A DNA stretch of 62,508 nt, filler included, from Chrysochromulina tobinii (taxonomy: Eukaryota), in NCBI GenBank assembly GCA_001275005.1. It is 4 parts of 4 records of this genome, joined end to end, with 100 filler letters (N's around TTAATTAATTAA, not from the genome) between each part and the next. Parts side by side here need not be neighbours in the genome. Positions count along the whole stretch, not along the records: positions 56,662 to 62,508 come from JWZX01001072.1; 3 more parts are not named here. One strand, given 5' to 3'. Under the pieces are notes generated by a model. That model was not told where the DNA came from. It saw nothing but the letters and a program-made list of their open reading frames with translations, and ran no database searches. Position numbers and translations under genes: made by a program. How positions within the stretch are numbered: position 1 is the stretch's first letter; every line of letters starts with the position of its first letter. Of this stretch, positions 56,704-62,508 are shown piece after piece.

Positions 56704-57468
56704 ACACCTCAGGATCACTGCCTCTTGGATACAAGTGTACGTATCCACCAGTCCCCTGGCAAACCAACTGGGTCAAGCCTCGTCAAGCCCAGGTTCAGTG
56801 CACACATGCGCCAGGTGCACCAGAGGCGTGAGTAACAGGCATTGAACAGGCATGACATGTGGAGCGGCATCTGGGCTGTGCTGCCGGCGTGGGCGCGGCA
56901 CATCAACAGCCTGTGCTAGATGGGACGGGGTGCGCATAGGCCCGCCTGCACCGCACTCGCCTCCCACGCCCCCACCGTCCCCGCCCCGCCGCCCGCGCCA
57001 GACCCCCACACCCACGCCACACTCGCTGCCACCGACGCCGACGCCTCCGCCGCCCCCTAAGCCGCCCCCACACGCGCCGCCCCCACCCGCGCGCCCGCCG
57101 CGCGCCGCCCCTGCCCGCAACTTGAATGAGCCTCCTCTCTCTGAGCCTGTGCTGTTCCCTCTATCCCTCTCTGACCGCAATCATTCATACCACACAGGAC
57201 CACTGCCTCTTGGGAGTGTACGTATCCAGTCCCCTGGTAAACAAACTGGGTCAAAAGCCTCGTCAAGCCCAGGTTCGGTGCCGGCATGCGCCAGGTTCAC
57301 CAGAGTCGTGAGTAACAAGGCCCTGCATGGGTTCTGTCTGTGTGAACAGGCATTGAACAGGCATGACAAGTGGAGCGGTTGAGCGGCATCCGGGCTGTAC
57401 GTGCGGCGTGGCCGTGGGCGCGGCACGATTCGACAACAGCCTGCAAGATGAAACGGGGTGCACATAAG
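56702..57468 (+). repeat. Diverged direct repeat pair (~56702-56940 and ~57190-57468)
   Basis: Shared blocks CACTGCCTCTTGG, CAGTCCCCTGG, AAGCCTCGTCAAGCCCAGGTTC, AACAGGCATTGAACAGGCATGACA with indels. Confidence 0.85.
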
Positions 57469-57630
57469 CGTGTAATGTAGCGCGCTGTGATGACCGAGCG
57501 TGTGGAAGGAACGTGATAGGAACGTGAGGCAGAGTGTGAGGCCGCGTGCATTGACGAGACTGAGCTGGGTGGCCCAAGTCACGAAACCGCTTTTCAGCTG
57601 TAATTGGCGGTTGTAATTATTAATTCGTGG

Positions 57631-58060
57631 CACTATCCGTGATAGCTCGCGCTTGGATAGCTCCCGGATAGCTGCGGTATCCCACCGCAATCTAATTATT
57701 ATTATTAGCTATCTGCGCTATCGGTGATAGCTATCGCTCGGATAGCTCTTGGATAGCTCTTTGGATAGCTGCGCTCTCCCTTCGCTATCTACGCTATCCA
57801 GAACCTATCATTGATAGCTACCTCTGATAGCTCTCGGATAGCTGCGCTATCCCACTGACTATCCAAGTTCTATCCAAGAGCTATCAGCTTCCTATCTGGC
57901 GATAGCTATCAGCTACCGGCACCTATCTGGGGTAGCTATAAAAAATAGAGGGGGGCTATCAGTCCAAATAGCTACGTAGCAGCTATTTCGTGCCTCAGAT
58001 AGCTCAGATAGCCCACGACTATCTTTTATAGCTATAGAATAGCTATGTTTCGCCATAGTG
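57631..58060. mobile_element. Probable right end of a CAC-terminated DNA transposon (CACTA/CMC- or Transib-like) with subterminal GATAGC/GCTATC repeats
   Basis: Dense GATAGC motifs in both orientations ending abruptly in ...CGCCATAGTG (reverse complement CACTATGGCG) where gag-like coding sequence begins. Confidence 0.55.
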
Positions 58061-61000
58061 AGGCACGATGCTTCGCGCGACGAACTTCGCTCTACCCTCA
58101 AAGTGTTCGACACCGCCGTTGGCACGAGACTGGACGAGATGAAAGCCCTCATCACAACCGTTATGACATCAGGTCCGGACCGGCATGTACCAATCGCCGA
58201 TGAGCCTCCAGCGCTGGACCCTTCCGCTGGACAACCACCGACCACTGCCGGTGCGGGTGCAGATAGATTCAACCTTCCGCCTTTTGGGCGGGGTCGCCCA
58301 CTGCACGCTTCACGCGCCCCACCCCGCCTCCGCCACCCGGAAGCGGCAGGTCCCTCGCATCACAACTCACCCGCCGCACGCTTCGACACCTCCGAGCCCC
58401 ATAGCCCTTCTCGCGATAGCGTGCCCCGCCGACCACGCGACGCCACCCCCCAGCACACCTTCGGCGATCGTCCGCCACATTCTCACGATAAGCGCAACGC
58501 TGGATATTGCCGATCTGTCGAAGTCAATAGGGTCGAAAGCCACAAACTCTACGCTGTACTCGCGGTCGTCGACATTAACGAGACAGCCACCGCCTTCGTG
58601 TCCGAGCAATTCCGCATCTGGACGCTTTCTCGCCAGCAAACTACGTCCATCACCATCGAAACGGCGGTTTGGAGCTTGTTCCGCATCAACCGCCGCGATG
58701 CCCTTACCGCCCTTGCCGATTATGACATGCACTTCGAAGACTTCACTTCTCGACTCCAACATGGCGAAGATACGGACGACAGCCTAGACGGCATCCTGCG
58801 CATAACCCTGCCATGTACCATGGGCCTCGACGCGAACCGCATGATTCCCGTCATCGTCGAGACCCTCGAATTCCTTGGCATCAACGGAAGTGTTCGTGAC
58901 GCCATCACATCGTACGCCATGTCCTGCGCTGCAGTCAAGGCCGCCTCACAAGCGCACCTCGCCCCTATTCCGTCACCCACGCGGACCCGCGAACGTAACG
59001 TCATCCGCTCGACGCTCCTGCACGCTCTGTTCCACCTGCCGTACTCCGAGGACAACACGAACGCCCTCCACGGCGACCACGGACCAGATGTCGCATCGTC
59101 ACCCTACGAAACTTCTCGACGTACACTTTGGAATCGTCTTCCCCAGCTCGACGTCGCTGGCGCCCTGCCCTCCTGGGCGCCTAACCACAGCATCCAGGAC
59201 TTCCAACAACTCCTCCTCACCACGCTCCACACGGACACGGCGTCACTCATTGCAGATCTCCTCCGCGAAACCGACCCTCTCCAAACTATCCTCGCAGCCG
59301 TCCTCCGTCGTCACCACGACTCCGCCGAATTCACCACTATCGTCTCTGCGGACGTCGCGGAGCACCTCAAGTCGGAACTTGAGCATTACAAGCAACTCAA
59401 TGCACACTCCGTCCTCGAAGCCCAACGCAACCCTGCCGACCCGCGCCTCCAGCGCTCCTTCCTCAGTGTCCTTTGCGTTTGCCTGGCGGCCATACGTAGC
59501 GCTTTCCTCGGCACCTCACGCGACGGCGCCCTGCACTCGGAAGCGCGTCAATTCCTTACGCAGCTCTCGACCATGCAGCACACATCGGATGTTGACTACC
59601 TCCTTAAGGCCAACTCCTACTGGCTGCGATACTCCAAGCTATGGGGCCCTAACCTACTCCTCAGCCTGTGCGAGGGTGGCCAAATTCAGACGTTGCTGCC
59701 ATCCGTTACAGCCCGTCTTACGCCAGCCATGCAGGAGCGCATCCTACTTTTCTTTGGGGACATTGCGCATCGCCTCCGTAGTGCCCATCGTGACGGCACG
59801 CTGCCGCAAGCTTTCGCACTACAACTCTCGAGCATACTCGGGAAGCCGCTGCTCCTCCACTCCACAATCCCATCCCTCTCCACTTACGCGGAATTTTCCA
59901 ATCAAGTCGAAGGCCTCGCTGACCTCCACCGTAGCGAAATGAACCGTGGCGTCCACACACACCGCATTGCCCACCCCGCCGATCTCGCCTTCGTCGGCAA
60001 GACCGGTGCCCTCGCTGACTGGTGGCCAGCCATGATCCAACAGGTCCTGGGCCACCACAACCGACGCCTCGTTGCCCCTCACGAACAAATTGCCCTTGTC
60101 GCCTGGGATGACATCCAAGCTGTGCACCACGACGACGAAGTCCTCCAGGTTAGCGACGCTCCTCGTTTTCGCCCCGGCACTCGTACCATCGAACGTCAGC
60201 ACGACCGACTGGCCACAGCCGCTGACAACCAGTTCACCAAACTCGAGGCTAATGTCAACAAAGTCCAAACGCAAATTGAGACCAAGGTTGGCTCCCTCAA
60301 GGACAGCCTCGAATCCACACTCGAGGCTAAGGTCGGCAACCTTCAAGTGAACATACAGAAACACCTCGACACCATTCAGAGCACCATAGCCAAGGTCAGC
60401 AAGGACCTCGGTTCTCGGCTCGACCAACACGACGCCTCGATGACTGCCTTCCATGAGATGAACGCGCACAACGCGCAAACAATGCAGCACTGCCTCGCCA
60501 ACGTCGCGGCCTCCGCAACTGACCTCAAACACGCCGCTACAATCAAAGACACCGCTGCGGCGATTGGTCGACACACCCGTGCCGTTCCGGTTCTCCTACC
60601 GCCTATCTCTGGACCTTCCGCACCGCGCCCGCCCCCGGTCCATACCCTCGTGGTCGCGTCGGATGATACAACTGACGCCATGTCTCACCTATTCTGCATC
60701 GCAAGTGCTACACACGACGTCTCGACAATCGATGACCTCATCGCCTGGATGGACACCGACGATCTCCCGGAAGAGTCCGAACTCTTCGCCCTCACCTACA
60801 ACCGTCGGCCACCTCCATCCGCCCCGGGTGCTCTTAAGCTCATGAAGTGGCCCGCGCTCAGGTATGATGACCTCACCGACAAAGCTAAAGAACTCTATAG
60901 ACGCCGCGACAAGGTCACCTCGGCGGACGCGTACAACGCTGCAACCGACCGCCCATGCACCAACTGCCCACCCGAAAGCCGCCTTATGCCGCACCTCGAA

Positions 61001-61120
61001 AACAGATGTCCCACTATCTACCGCCACACCGGCCAGGGACAGAAGGACAGAGACGCCGTCCGCCTTGCCCGTGACGCGGAACGATTGCAAGAGCTCCAAC
61101 CTGGAAAGGAAGGCAAATAG
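58061..61120 (+). CDS. Gag-like protein (probably 5'-interrupted; first ATG 58139)
   Basis: ~1020-aa intronless ORF, coiled coil, C-terminal CTNCPPESRLMPHLENRC zinc-knuckle-like motif; C/A-rich strand bias unlike host genes. Confidence 0.6.
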   Translation, partial: RHDASRDELRSTLKVFDTAVGTRLDEMKALITTVMTSGPDRHVPIADEPPALDPSAGQPPTTAGAGADRFNLPPFGRGRPLHASRAPPRLRHPEAAGPSHHNSPAARFDTSEPHSPSRDSVPRRPRDATPQHTFGDRPPHSHDKRNAGYCRSVEVNRVESHKLYAVLAVVDINETATAFVSEQFRIWTLSRQQTTSITIETAVWSLFRINRRDALTALADYDMHFEDFTSRLQHGEDTDDSLDGILRITLPCTMGLDANRMIPVIVETLEFLGINGSVRDAITSYAMSCAAVKAASQAHLAPIPSPTRTRERNVIRSTLLHALFHLPYSEDNTNALHGDHGPDVASSPYETSRRTLWNRLPQLDVAGALPSWAPNHSIQDFQQLLLTTLHTDTASLIADLLRETDPLQTILAAVLRRHHDSAEFTTIVSADVAEHLKSELEHYKQLNAHSVLEAQRNPADPRLQRSFLSVLCVCLAAIRSAFLGTSRDGALHSEARQFLTQLSTMQHTSDVDYLLKANSYWLRYSKLWGPNLLLSLCEGGQIQTLLPSVTARLTPAMQERILLFFGDIAHRLRSAHRDGTLPQAFALQLSSILGKPLLLHSTIPSLSTYAEFSNQVEGLADLHRSEMNRGVHTHRIAHPADLAFVGKTGALADWWPAMIQQVLGHHNRRLVAPHEQIALVAWDDIQAVHHDDEVLQVSDAPRFRPGTRTIERQHDRLATAADNQFTKLEANVNKVQTQIETKVGSLKDSLESTLEAKVGNLQVNIQKHLDTIQSTIAKVSKDLGSRLDQHDASMTAFHEMNAHNAQTMQHCLANVAASATDLKHAATIKDTAAAIGRHTRAVPVLLPPISGPSAPRPPPVHTLVVASDDTTDAMSHLFCIASATHDVSTIDDLIAWMDTDDLPEESELFALTYNRRPPPSAPGALKLMKWPALRYDDLTDKAKELYRRRDKVTSADAYNAATDRPCTNCPPESRLMPHLENRCPTIYRHTGQGQKDRDAVRLARDAERLQELQPGKEGK

Positions 61121-62508
61121 GGAACCTCGGCACCGCACGACCCACCCGCGGTGCCTCCCCTCCCGACGACTCATCCCCCCAAACCTCTCGACGGCGCACC
61201 CCTGCATGAGGGGGTACCCTATCACTCTGCATCATCAACTACACCAGCATTTGACAACGCCACAACCCCAAGTGAGGGGGTCGCGTCACTGCCGCCCATT
61301 CCCCACACCGACGAGGACGCCCCCGCGGCACGGCCCATCACCACGGATGAGGGGGTGACCTCCACTACGACTAGCGTCGACATCGCCGACACTGCCAGCT
61401 TAGAGGGGGTGACCAACCTATGCTCCAGTAAGCAGGACAGTGCCGCTGCCACCGAGCGTACCGCTGTTGACTTGTTCTCAGGTTGCGGAGGACTAGCCCA
61501 CGCCGCCAGGCTGCTCGGATTCCGACACCTAGCCCTCATCGAGTCCAACGAGAGATGTGCGACCACTCTCAAACTTAACGGGTTCACCAACGTCGTCAAC
61601 AGCCTACTCGAACACTCCGATCTATCGCAATACCACGGCGCCGACCTACTCACAGCCGGACCACCCTGCCAGCCTTGGTCAATCGGAGGCAGGAGCTTGG
61701 GCGAGGAGGATTCACGCAACCTGTGGGCAGCAACCGTGAGAGCCATCCGCGGCATCCAGCCTAAGGCTTTCCTAATCGAGATGGTAGATGGCTTCCTGCG
61801 ACCTAAGTTTGATACCGCCCGATGGCAACTAACCGCTGACCTCCAAGCCCTAGGTTACCACGTGCAGATATCAAAGGTTAACGCGAAGGACTATGGAGTA
61901 CCACAGTACCGGCGGCGATGTCTAATCATGGGGCGACGGTCACTCCTACCTATTAGGCTACCCAAGGCGAAATCCCCAATCACCCTACGAGAGGCGCTCC
62001 AAGGCCTTGGAGAGCCCGACGGCACCAACAGGCACGAACCCCTTGGACAGGCCACTAGCTACGATGGACACGAGCCCAGTACCCTGGATACGCAGGCTAA
62101 GACTATCAGGGCCGGAGTGCATGGGCCTGGCGGAGGAAACAACACAGTGATCACCGATAACGGACTCCGCTACTTCACCATACGGGAAATGGCCAGAGTA
62201 CAAACCTTCCCCGACGACTACCAATTCGACCCGGTCTGGTCGCACGCCATCAAGGAGATAGGCAACGCTTGCCCACCTACTCTCGCCAAGCAATGGCTGG
62301 AATCACTACTGGAAGATCCCACCGCTGAGGCCACCACCGTTCCCGAGAATCCGCCGCTAAGCCCAGGCGTGGCCGAGACGGCCCACGACGAGGCCATGGA
62401 TTCCCTGAGGCGAGAGCTCAGCAGGCGAGTGAAACTGACCCACATCCTAGAAGCACACGCGTCGGTGCTACAAGGACTACTCGACAACGCCACGAAGACT
62501 TTACTCAC
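61121..62508 (+). CDS. In-frame continuation of gag containing a complete C5 DNA cytosine methyltransferase domain (~61463-62310); open past window end
   Basis: My translation: AVDLFSGCGG (I), ADLLTAGPPCQPWS (IV), FLIEMVDG (VI, ENV->EMV), DYGVPQYRRR (VIII), RYFTIREMARVQTFPDDY (IX), IGNACPP (X); no stop to 62508. Confidence 0.92.

Noticed and set aside
56702..57468. Direct repeats as LTRs of the gag-MTase element
   Set aside because: Both lie on the same side, only ~250 bp apart, indel-rich, with no TG...CA ends seen
57631..57640. CACTATCCG as left TIR making a 430-bp MITE
   Set aside because: Only 6 bp match the right end, flanks differ (TGG vs AGG) and the upstream DNA is not gag-like

Overview
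GC-rich eukaryotic (algal, most likely haptophyte-like; inference) DNA made of four contigs joined by artificial 100-bp N44-TTAATTAATTAA-N44 linkers (11395-11494, 32750-32849, 56562-56661). Contig 1 is almost entirely a tyrosine-recombinase retrotransposon with split direct repeats (A...B-A-B). It has a huge ORF1 (CCCH-like finger, RGG, OTU-like protease, DUF4326-like and C5-methyltransferase-like cargo), an RT-RNase H ORF and an internally deleted YR. Contigs 2-3 are gene-dense host DNA: bestrophin, MFS, hisC, kinase, GT8, TPR+Venus-flytrap receptor-like, TMC-like EF-hand protein, CXXC+RING1-like protein, AAA ATPase with a beta-adaptin appendage insert, kelch-TM-RING-H2 and a TPR protein. Contig 4 holds a probable CAC-terminated DNA transposon end abutting a gag-like ORF. 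That ORF continues through a single in-frame UAG (8-nt spacer + GC stem, gammaretrovirus-like readthrough geometry) into an intact C5 DNA methyltransferase missed by the ORF track. The most striking signal is a recurring class of short insertions built from TGATTGCC-type decamer units and flanked by 16-20-bp direct duplications. In sense orientation at GT sites they form apparently new spliceosomal introns (ending CCCTCATCAG); in antisense orientation they are retained as in-frame coding insertions.
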